Shown here one piece after another: positions 49,544-61,270 of a stretch of DNA of 64,000 nt. Location: contig NC_087437.1 in the NCBI RefSeq assembly GCF_036321535.1, forward strand, positions 20,958,001-21,022,000. Reading direction: 5' to 3'. A program made the position numbers and the translations under genes. The notes beneath the pieces were generated by a model, which saw only the letters and a list, made by a program, of their open reading frames with translations, did no database searches and was not told where the DNA came from. Numbering within the stretch: the first letter of the stretch is position 1; each line of letters opens with the position of its first letter. Source of the DNA: Camelus dromedarius. Its lineage: Eukaryota.

Positions 49544-52500
49544 TTAATTCTGAATTTTTTATTTGACATATTTTATAGTTTCCAAGGATTGGCTGGGTTT
49601 TTAATTTTGTTTTCTGTCTCAAAAAAACAAAAAACAAAAAAAAACCTCTGTCAGTTGTCAGTTAACTTCAACATCTGTGTCTCCTAGAAATCTGCTGCTC
49701 TTTGTCAGTTTCTCCTGGAGGGGAAGGGGATTTGGTGTTACGGCATGCTCCGTAATTTTTGGTGGAATGCTGGGCATTGAAATATGAAATATTTTAGAGA
49801 TAATTTGAAGTTCTGGATGATATTGTTTTCTTCCTCCAGTAAAGATTTACTTTTGTGTTTGGCATGTGGTTAGGCTGGAGGCAGATCACCTTAAGCCAGT
49901 GAGGAATTTGGCTGATTCCAGGCTTGGGTTCAGTCTTTGTAAAGGCTGGTCTATGTTATTCATCCTTACTATTCTCACATAGTCTTCAGTCCTTCGAAAG
50001 TTCCAATAGAAAGCCTAGGTATTACCAGAGCTACTCTATCTTGGTAGGACCCAGACTCCCACTTTAATCATGCCCAGCATGAGATTGTGGAAAGCTTTGA
50101 GTATACTTCTCAGCCTCTCAGGCTGCTGCTGAAGTTAGGGAGTTCCTTTCAACAGGCTTCTTTGGATGTTCCACCAGCAACTTCTGTTTACATCTCATTG
50201 GCCAGAACTATATCTTACGGCTATCCTTAGCCGCTATCCCTGGCTTCAAGGGAAACTGGGAATTGTTTTGCTGAACTCAAGTGCTCGCCTCCTCACCACC
50301 ACCCCCCAAAAAAAAACTTGTTTTGCTGTAATCCAAATTAATAAAATGGTGACAGATGTAAGTAAGACTGAACTTTTGTGTGAATGTATAAGGAATACTA
50401 AATACTTTTTCTAAAATATTTTCAAATTTGTATTTCTAACACTGAAAAGTGGCTTCAAATAATTTTCAAAACTTTTTGTTCATTTTTCTTTACTAGAAAG
50501 TAAAACACATTGGTAGTAGAACCTTTAAAAATCTAGATGAACAGAAAGACAAAATCTGAAATCCTACCAACCAAAGGTAACTTCTATCAGTGTTTTGGTA
50601 GATGGCCTTGTAGTAATTTTACATAGAAATATATATATATATATACACACACACACATATGTATATCATGTTTTGTTTTTACAGATTAACATTGTATTGT
50701 ACACCCTATTCTTTTCTTTTATTGAGTATCATGTACATATTTCCATATTAAAGTATATAATGAGATAGTGTTTTACTGTTTATAAATAATAATTTCCTTA
50801 ATTTAACTCATAATGCTTTTTAATTTTAATGTTCCACCCTAATAGTGTGTGTCTTGTGTTTGCTTGTTCTGTCCCCACTCTTTTCTTGACCAGGTTAATA
50901 CATAATTATGCTATTTTTGACTAATACCAAAGGAATGTTCTGTTTAACAGCCAGTGGGAGTAATGAACATATTAGGTAGGCTCTGACTCTGTGATAATGA
51001 TTCCTGGTGGAACCCCATTAAATGTCTTTTTATTTCTAAGCTTGACTTGAGGCAGTGCTATGATTTTTAGTTGTGAATAAAGTTATTATACTTTTTCTGC
51101 CCTATTAAACAGTTTTTGTTATTTTAAAAATAGAGTAGATCCTAGACATTTCCTGAGAAATAGCTGGGAGCACCTCGGTAGTACACAGTTTCTACCATAA
51201 AATACACGTATGTTGAAAGTAAAGCTGTTTTGAGATGCAAATGTTGGTGCAGTTGTCTTGACTCACTCACTAGTCACATGACACACATGCTCGTGTGACA
51301 GCAAGTATGATTCAGGATTCTAGTTGAGTAATATTTTAAATAACTACATATTATGGACCTTCTCAGAGTCACTCTTGAATAGTAAGGGATTGTAAATATT
51401 AAATGCAGGACTAATGAAAGACTTACTTTATAAATTGTATATGATTTTATAAATATTTGTGCCTAGATTTTTAATGGGAGATTTGCTCGATCTAGTTCCA
51501 ATTCCACCTAGCTGCTAATTTTACCACCAGTGATGCCTTCTTTGTGTTTTGGAGCTTAGCTTTTCTCATGCAGACTTTCGTGTTGCGATCCAGTAGTATT
51601 TATTGCACGTCTGTCTAACCCTGAGCTTTGTAGTTAGTGGACCTCAGAATGACTCTTGTATAAAATATCCCCGTTAAAAATAGGCTGATTCAGGTTGTAT
51701 TTCTGTGACTGTCTGAAAGGGGTTGTTCCAAAGAGTAACAATGATTGTATAATGAACTTTCCTACCTCTGATGGAATTACTTGTGTCATTAGTCCCTAGA
51801 TTTCACACCCCTGAAATCTCCAGTTGGTAGTGTGGGAATTTGTCTTGTCAACTGGGTGGAGGTAATCTAGCACTGATTCTTAGCCAGTTCAGAATTGCTC
51901 ATCACCAGTGTCAGTGTAGAAATATCAAGCTCTAGATTATATTGTTCCCAAGCCTTTGTTTCTTGGGAAGTTGATAATTTATTTGCTTTAAACTTATACT
52001 ACTGAATGTTTTAAAAATCCATTCGTTAAAGCTATTTAAGAAAATATACTCCTTTATTTTCATTTTCTGTGTCCCATTTTTTTCATCAGTGCTCTTAGCC
52101 ATATATTACCTTTTATTTATTATTTCCTCAACTGGATTGAGTTCTTATAAGCAGTGAGTGTGTCTTAGATATCTGTGGATTCCTATGCACTCCCACAGTG
52201 CCTCCTAAAATATAGTAGATCGTCCATCAGTCTTTATTATTTGAGACAAGTAAGTGTTGACAAATTGAATCTTATTAGCTTTGACTTAGTTTTAGTTTTC
52301 TTGTTTTAGAATTGTATGATTTCTCTGTCTTTTACCGATACTACCTGTATACTCATAGATGATTTATATTTTCTGGAAAAAATAGTCTACATCTTGTAAT
52401 TTGCTAAATTCACAATTTCCTAAGACATAACTATTATCTTTCTTTTCAATCCATGATAATTGAGATAAATATTTGTTGAAGTGGGCATAAAATTCTTAGA

Positions 52501-52740
52501 TTTGAATCTGTGTTTGATGTGAACATTTGCTTATCTTTCAGATTTTGGTCTACATTGTTGATTATTAGTTGTTTAACAAGTACTCAGTGTGGGAAAAGCA
52601 TGTGCTACGTACGGATCACTAATATTTAGTTAGTGGATAACTGAACATTATGGCTACCATTTGAAAAAGTGCATACCTTTCATTAATACTTTGTCAATAA
52701 AATAGACTTCTCAGTTTATAAATTTTTTTTGTCATTATAG

Positions 52741-52817
52741 GGTAAAGTTCACCTTGAATTAAAACTGAATGAACTGATAACAGAAAATGGAACTGTGTGC
52801 CAGCAGCTTGTTGTACA
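52741..52817 (+). CDS. RASA2: RASA2 coding exon 5 (C2A-C2B linker); gene continues beyond the window
   Basis: Acceptor tttttttgtcattatAG. 77 nt encoding GKVHLELKLNELITENGTVCQQLVV plus 2 nt. Donor GTAAGC at 52818. No further exon recognised before 64000. Confidence 0.95.
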
Positions 52818-54010
52818 GTAAGCATATTTCTTTTACCAAAATCAGCTAGAAATAATGCTCCATTTTGTAGTCTTTGAATGTTAAGCCAACTCCTATTTTA
52901 AATACTTCAGAAACTTTTTTCAGAAATGAACTCTGCTATGCCATTCCTTTGTTAAATTGATTTCCCATCTATTTTCTCGCATCTAGTCTACTCAGGTTAT
53001 ATATGATGAGTCATTAATTCATTCAACCAATATTTATTTAATGTGGGTTAAATGATAGATGTAGGGTGTTGTTATAGGATCACACACAAACATGTGTAAC
53101 TACCTGGCAGGAAGGAGTTGGAAAGGAGTCCTAGTAGAGAGCCTCCAGAAACTGATGCATACAACAGATACAGCAGCATTAGGGACCTTGGGGCTAAAAC
53201 TAAATGTGCACCTTGAGATTACCAGTATTGGTTCTCACCTACTGTGAATTCCCTTTTGCCTCTTTTGCTCTCGTTTTTTATCACCCAGATTCTAATCTTC
53301 TAACTGTTTGGGAAATCTGATCCAGCCCAATCCCCTGCCTTTTCCCTCCCACCCAAACCCTTCCTCTGTGTTATCAGCAAACTACTGGGACATCCTTGAC
53401 TTCTGAATGTTTTCTCTATCTTTTTCTTAACTGATATCTGGACATCCCCTGAAGTACAGTTTCCTCTTCTGCCTTCTAAGTCTGAGGCTGTGTATTCTAC
53501 CATAGCCATATACCTTAGAGTAGGAGTCAGTATACTAAGGACTAGCCTCATTATTACTCTCCGGTTGCTGCTCCAGACTATAATTTATTCTCCTAATTAT
53601 GAATACCCCGGCTCCTTTGAGGTATCTCTCTCATAAATGTATATATTTATACTTATGTGCTTATGCACACACACACACACACACACAAAATACTATGTTT
53701 AATATTACTTACTTAACCTTTTCTGAACTCTTTTAAAGAAAGTTACACGTATCATGACCCTTAATATATCAGTGTGTACTTCCTAAGAATAAGGATAGTC
53801 TCTTGAACACAATACTTAAATATACTCTAGTACAATTATCAAATTCAGGAAACTTAACATTGTTACAATAAAAGTATAATCTATAGTTTTAATATTTCAA
53901 TACTTTAATGTACAGTTACTATATTTCACTTTTGTCAACTGTCCCAGTAATGTCCTTGAAGACATTCTTTTTTTCTCCAAGAAAGGATATAGTCCAAGAT
54001 AATGTGTTAT

Positions 54011-54150
54011 TTTTTTGTTTGTTTGTTTGTTTGGCAGGGGGAGGTAATTAAGTTTATGTAATTATTTTTAGAGGAGATGCCGGAGATTGAACCCAGAACC
54101 TTGGGCATGCCAAGCATGTGCTCTACCGCTTGAGCTACACCCTCCGCCCC
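54011..54150 (-). mobile_element. tRNA-derived SINE (Vic-1-like)
   Basis: Same body (gattgaacccag...ctctaccgcttgagctacaccctcc). Short TSD atgtgttat / atgtattat. Confidence 0.87.
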
Positions 54151-54899
54151 CATGTATTATGTTTAGTTGTCATGTCTCTTTAATCGCCTTAACCTGTAAT
54201 AGTTGTTAGCTTTTTCTTTGTCTTTTATGGTATTGAGATTTTTGAAGAATATAGGCCAGTTATTTTTGAATCTTCCTCAGTTTGGATTTACCTACTAAAA
54301 ACAATTTAAGATTTGTTTGCAGTTTTTTTCCCCCTCGACTGAGAGCATATAATGAAAGTATTTGGATTGGTCTGCCTTCTTCTGCTCTATCCTCTGCTCA
54401 GTTTCATTATGTTGTATTATGAAATACAGTTAGGTGGATTGATTTGGTTTGTTTGCATTTAGTTTATTGTTATTTTCTCCTGTCCTTGTTGGTTTACTTT
54501 TATTTTTTGAATATGCAGAATATCAGCATGACTTCAGAAGTCAAAGCTATACGAAAAGGGATCACTCAGTCAGTCCCCTCTCCCTATTCTTAGCTCTAGG
54601 CAGCCATGAACTGATTTCTGTCCCTATAGTTTTATCCTTTTCCAAAATGTCATATGAACAGATTCATATAATATATAGTCTTTTGTGTCTTCCACTTAGC
54701 ATAATGCTTTTGAGACCAATCCACATTGTATAGCAGTTGTTCATCCTTTTTTAGGTATTATTTTGTTTGTTTCTTACCATAATTTTGTAGATAACTGTTG
54801 TCCTCATTTACAGATGACTAAATGATGCACAAATCGGTTAAATAAGCCCAAGTTCATACAAGGAAAGTAGAACCTAGATTTGAACTCTGGTATTTTTTT

Positions 54900-57800
54900 T
54901 TTTTTTTTAATTTCTGAGACAATCAGAGATTTACAGGAAACTGCAAAGTGCAGAGAGGTCCTGTGTACCCTCTACTTAGTTTCCCTCAATGGTCCCATCT
55001 TGTGTAACTATAATACAATATAAAAACCAGAAAATTGACATTGTACAGTGTACAAAGTATCATTTTTATCACTTGTGTAAGTTTGTGTAACCACCACCAC
55101 AGTCAAGATACATAACTGTTCTATCACCATAGAGATCTCCCTTCTGCTACCCCTTTATAGTCACACCTACGTCTTTCGCCACCACCATCACTAATCTTTG
55201 GCAACTCTAATCTTTCTCTGTATCTACCATTTTGTCATTTCAAGAATGTTATGTAAATGGAATCTTATAGTACATAACCTTTCGAGATTGGCTTTTTAAA
55301 AATCAGATCCATCTAATTATTGTGTGCAGCTTCTTCTAGATAGAATATAGTTGGGTCACTTTTTTAGATCCACTTTGGCAGGTTCTTTTATTTGGTGAAT
55401 TTATACCATTTATTTTTAATATAATTATTGATATGTTAGGCTTAAATCTGCCCTTTTTTTTTTTTCGGTGTTTTCTGTCCCCTCTATTCTCTTCTCTATA
55501 TCTGTCCCCTCTGTTTCTTTTTCCTATGAGTTAATTGAAGATTTTTTAGAATTCCATTTTGATTTATCTGTAGTATTTTTTTAATCTATGGTGTATGTCT
55601 TTGTATAGTTTTTTTTAGTGATTGCTTTAGGTATTACATTGTACATTTATAGTAAGTAATCTACTGATGTTGATGTTATACCACTTAGAATAAAGTGTAG
55701 AAATCTTACCTTCTTTTAATCCTTTTACCCTCCACCATTTGTAATATAATTGTTTTAAGTATGTCCTGTATATACAGTGAGAACCACTCACATAGTGTTA
55801 CAGTGTTTCCTTCAGCCATCTAACACAATTTAGAAAAGAAAAAAAGAAGGGAATTTTAAGTATTTTGTATTGTATTTACTTATATTTTTGTTCTCCATAT
55901 TCTTTCCTTCTGTCATTTCAAGATTCTTTTATCACTCTCTTTATATTTAGAGAATATTTTTGAAAGTAGGTTTACTGGTGATAAATTCTCTTAGTTTTCC
56001 TTCATCTGAGAATGTCTTGATATTTTTCTTCATTCCTGAAGGTTATTTTCACTGAATATGGAATTCTTGGTTGACAGTTCTTTTTTTTCAGCACATGAAA
56101 AAATCGACCATTTCCTTCTGGCCTCCACAAGAAAGCAACTGTCATTCAAAGTGTTTTTCCTATGCAGGTATTCCTATATTTCTCTCTAGCTGCTTTCAAG
56201 ATTGTTTTCATTGTCTTTAGCTTTCTAAGTGTTTTAGTTCGACTACAGATTTGTTTGGGTTTATCCTGTTCAATGTTGCCTCAGCTTCTTGAATCTATAT
56301 TCTTATATCTTTTGCCAAATTACGAAAATTTCCAGCCATTATTTTCTTGATATACTTTATCAGCCCAGCTGGCCTTCTCTCCTCTCCTTTTGTGACTCCA
56401 ATGGCATGAGTGTTAGATCTGTTATTTTCCCACAGGTACCTGAGGCTCTGTGCCTCCCCCTTTTTACCCCCAGCATATTGTTGGAATATGCTGTTCTGTT
56501 GTTTATATTGGGTTGTTTCTATTGTTCTGTCTTTAAGATCACTGATTCTTTCCTATGTCCTCTCCATTCTACTGTTGAGCTCATCTAGTGAATTATTTTT
56601 TTGTTGGTTATTGTAGTTTTAAGTTATAAAATTTCCATTGGTTCTTACTTATGTCTGTATTTCTTTAGTGAAACTTACTATTTTTTTGCTGAAACTGTTT
56701 ATTTTTGCATTTATTTCAAACATGTTCATAATTGCTCATTGAGTCATTTTTATGATGGGCTGCTTTCACATTTTTGTCAGGTAAGCCCAACATCCATCCT
56801 ATCTCAGTGTTGTCACATACTGATTGTCTTTTCTCATCTAAGTTGGAAATTGGTTTTTTTGTATGGTGAATGGTTTTCAGGTCTGTCCTGGACATTTTGG
56901 ATATTATGTTATGAGACTTTGGATCATCTTTAAATCTTCTGTTTTAGCCAGACTCCTCTGACACTGCTGGTGAGGGAAGAGGAGACCTTTTTTATTACTG
57001 TCAGTCTATAGGTAGAAGTCCAGGTCCCTGACTCAACCACTAGTGATACTTCGAGGGAAGAGTGAGAGGAGTTCCTTGTTACTACTGAGTGAGGGTGGTA
57101 GTTCAGGCTGTCCCCAGTTCCTTCCTGTTTCCACTCTGGCTGGGATGGAGAGGAGTACCTCATTATTGCTCCTTGTGTCCTCCACTGACACCCTGGTTGT
57201 GGGGAGTTAGTTACCCTGGAAAGTGGGAAAGTCTTGCCTTCCCACTCAGCCTTCTCTGACACCACCCTAGCGTGGAGGGAGAGGCGTGCCTCATCGTTCC
57301 TCAGCGGCCGTGAACGTCCAGGCTCCCGATGTGCTCCCTACTGACACCGTGGAAGGAAGGGGCTCGTTACAACCTGTCAAAAGTAGAAGTCTAGGCTCTC
57401 CCCTCAACCTTTGGCCTTTGTTGATGGGGGTGAGGGTGGAGCCACAGTGTTTTTCATGCTGTTTGATTGGAGTAGGTGATTATTGTCTTAAAATGGTTTC
57501 CATCTTGCAAGCGGCCCAGTTCCTGGTCCTTTAGCTAGAGAAAGCTAGCTTTTCTTAGGGCATCTTTTCTCTATGCCCATTGGTGTCTCTGGTTTGGTGC
57601 CTTCTCTAGCACTCAGTCTGGGCTATATAAAGCATAAGAAAGCCCAGAAAATTCACTGCTGCATCTTTCTTTGGGTCCCACAATCTCTAGTTGGCTTGCC
57701 TTTTTCTCTTCATCTTTCAGTTTTCTTATGTTTGTTTTATGTATAATATCCAGGGTATTTAGCTATACTTAATGGGAAGAAGAGGGAGGTATGTATCTAC

Positions 57801-58000
57801 TCCATCCTGTCCTAGAACAGGAAACTAGTTCATTTCTTTTTATTTATGAATGGCCTTCCTTTGTATGGAATTTGTTTACCCATTCACCAATTGATGAATA
57901 TTTGACTTATTTTTAGTTCGAGGCTATTACAAAGAAAACTGCTGTCAGTGTTCACAAACATGTCTGTTTGTGGACATATGCTGGTCTGCATTCTTTCCTT
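54900..58000 (-). mobile_element. Composite of ancient L1M fragments
   Basis: T-rich reverse-strand L1 3' UTR and body sequence (gtgtaaccaccaccacagtcaagatac; ttttaatataattattgatatgttagg). Approximate limits. Confidence 0.6.
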
Positions 58001-58995
58001 TTTTTCCCACATAAGCCTTCGCTGTCCATGCTTACAGCAACAGAGCTCCAGTAGTAGCTTTGTGGAATTTATTGCTGATTTCTCAACTTTAGAAGTATTT
58101 TGAAAGTTTGTGGTATTCTGTTTCTCAACAGTGTTGAAGGCATAGTTTCATATATCGTCGTCTTTGTGCTCCTTGCTGAACACATACTTTTGGGGAGTAC
58201 TGTGTGAAAAGATTCATATCCCAGCAGTTGCTCTTATCCTCTAGACCTGGAAGCTCCCCACTGCAATATTTCTTGAACTTCAGGAAGACCTTGATCCACT
58301 GATCTTTACCACATTCTTACCTGCTCCTATTTTAACTTCCCTTGGGTCTTTTTCCGTGGTCTGTCACTGTAGTCATTTTCTTACAGGTTCGCTAACCTCC
58401 CCTGCTCTTCTCTTTATCCCTTTTTTATTTATATAGGGATATATATCCCTCAACCTCTCCCTCTGTGTTCAGTCTGCACCTTAATATTGCTAGAGAAAAA
58501 TCACACAGAAAGACAGATTTTACTTTAAATTCATGATTGCAAACCTCACATGGGTACTTACAACTACCATGGCATTTCACTGTGCTTCTCTAATACACCT
58601 ATGAGATTCTCCATCATTGTAGACTGTAAATTGGTTACATTTTCCTGAATCCAAGTCTGCAAACCTGTCTTGGCATCCATCTTTTTGTCTTTATGTTATA
58701 GTAGAGGAAGTACCTCTTCTTTTGTTGGGAGTGACTTTTTCCAACTAAGCTCTGGATTCTATTTCCCCTACTCAAGGACTTTGCTCCTTCAGTTTTTCCT
58801 TCTGTTTCATCAGCTTTACCCTCTCTCTTAGATTGTTTTCATCAGCATGTAAACATGTTCTAGGATCTCCCATTCTCAAAGACATGCCTTCCCAGACCTC
58901 ATCTCCAGCCTCCTTCCTAAGCTACCATCCCCATTCTTTACTCTCCTTTGAAGGCAGACTTCTTAAAGTAAAATTGTCTAATAGATATAGGAGGG

Positions 58996-59022
58996 GTGTG
59001 TGTGTGTGTGTGTGTGTGTGTG
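58996..59022. repeat. (GT)n microsatellite
   Basis: About 13 perfect GT units. Other simple repeats: (AC)n ~53667-53687, (AT)n(AC)n ~50629-50660, A25 at 18968-18992. Confidence 0.9.
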
Positions 59023-59130
59023 TACATACACACTAGCTCTGTTCACTGAGAAGGCCTGGAAGCAATGTCATCCCAGTAGCATGCATATATTTAGCATCCG
59101 TATCTTGGTTTCTAAATATCATTCTCCAGT

Positions 59131-59335
59131 CAGCGCTGTCCACCAGATCTTTCTGTGATGATGAAAATATTTCATGTCTTAACTGTCCAATACAGTAGCC
59201 ACTGGCGCATGTGTGACTATTGAAAACTTGAAATGTGGTTAGTGTAACTAAAGAACTAAATTTTAAATTTTATCTAATTTTATTTAATTAAAATTTAAAT
59301 AGCCACACATAGCTATGGCTATAATATAAGAGTTG
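59131..59335. mobile_element. hAT-Charlie MITE (MER3/MER33-like) inserted in an old L1 3' region (~59035-60320)
   Basis: cagcgctgtcca...tgtccaatacagtagccact...aaatagccacacatagcta. Flanking direct repeat ctccagt at 59124-59130 and 59336-59342. Confidence 0.75.
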
Positions 59336-60329
59336 CTCCAGTAAAAAGAACCTAGCCTTTTTTTTTTTTTTTCAGCAGTGCCTATTTTCTGGGTTTGGAC
59401 AGGGAAAATATAAGGTGAGCCCAGAGTCTCTATGGAGTCAGAAAGTGAGGAATTGCTCAAAAAATAATGAGGGCATATGGAAAGGACATTGAAGCCAGCT
59501 TGAAAGAGCTCCAAATAATCAAATCTGGGACAATTTGAGCATCAAAATAAATAATGATAATGATGGATTAAAAGCTATAGAATAAAACTAATATCCATGA
59601 GCCAATGCTGATATAACAAATACATGGGGGGACAAAGGACTTTTTCCTTATAGTAGAATTCTAAGTGATGAATGTAGGATAAATGATGGAAATAGAAAAA
59701 TAACTATTAGCAAACACTACAATAATAATTAGTACAGGGTCACATCATCTATAGATGCTCAATAAGTGGGCATAAGCATAATGACAAACAGCATATTTCC
59801 ATAGTCTCAACAAATAACCCTATAAAATGGTAGTTACCACCTTAACTGAATGATCAAAGTTAATGTCTCTGGTAATGAGACATTCAGTACCTCCTGGTAT
59901 GTTGCATTGAGGACACTGAGATGCATAACCTCAATCTAATCATGAGCAAGCATCAGACAAATGCAATTTAAGAAATATTCTTCAAAATAACTGTCCAGTT
60001 GGCAAGATTGTGATGCAGAGAAGGAAAACTAAGGACCTGTTTTATGATGGAGGAGCCTGAGAAGACATGACAACTAAATACAAGTTGAGATCTTATATTG
60101 CATCATGGACAGAAAAAGGACATTGATGACATTTAAGTAAGGTTTGTAGATTTGTTATATAATTGTTAACTAACATTGTATCAGTGTTAGTTTCCTGTTT
60201 CTATAATTCTACCCTGGTTACACAAAATGCTAACATTAGGTGATAGGTATATAGAAACTCTATATATTGTTTTTACAACTTTTTAAAAGTTAGAAATTAT
60301 TTCATAATAAAAAGTTTAAAAAATTGTCT

Positions 60330-61270
60330 GCTTCTTATGCATCCAATCCTGATTTTCTTTTTTTTTTTTCCTATCTCCAAACTCACATGTGCACCTGCCT
60401 TTTTGGCAAATGCACTATGATGTCTCACAGCATCGCAGATTTAACATACTTAAAACTGAAATATTGATTCTTATATCTATCTAGTTCCTCCTGATAGCCT
60501 TAGCAGGTGGTACCACCATCCACCTAATTGCTTTAGTCAGAAATCTGAGAGTCATTGAAAATCTTTCCTTCTCTCTCTCCCTACACATTGGATCCACTTC
60601 TTATTGATTCTATATAAGTATTTTTTGAATTTTCTAATTTTTAATGATATCTGCTGAAGTCTCCTTATTTCAAACCACCAACCATTTCTTACCTTGACTA
60701 TATCAATAATCTCTTAGCTGGTCTTCCAATCTGCAATCCGTTCTCTTTGTAAGCAGCGCAGAGCAGTCTTTTGAAACATAAATTAGATCATGTCATTCCT
60801 CTGCTCAGATACTTAGTGCATTTAGAATAAACTCCAACCTCCTTATCTTGGCCCACAAGATCCAGTGACCCTGCCTGTCTCTCTTTGATTTCATTTGGTG
60901 ACATGTTTCCTCTTGTGCATGTGCTTGCTGCCCTTCTCTCAGGTCCTCAACGTGACATTACTCTCCCAGCTTCGATGTTTACATCTGCCTTTCCTTCTGC
61001 CTGGAATGCCCATTATGCCTATTCTTCTTCTAGCTGGTTCCTTCTTATCTTTTAAGTTTCAGCTTAAATATCATTTCCTCTAAAACAGGGTGCTCTATTC
61101 TTTTTCCTCCATACACTTACCACTCTTTGTAATTATTATTATTGTTTCTTTATTGTTCATCATCTCCTTATTAACGTGGACTATAAGCTTCTTGAGGGCA
61201 GGGACTGTGTCTTATTCACCTCATCGCCCCAGAACCTGGTACTTAATAAGCATAAGTAAGATGAATAAAT
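60330..61270 (+). mobile_element. Ancient L2 element (a second, opposite-strand L2 follows at ~61300-62400)
   Basis: L2 3' region ggactataagcttcttgagggcagggactgtgtc...cccagaacctggtac...atgaataaat. Confidence 0.7.
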
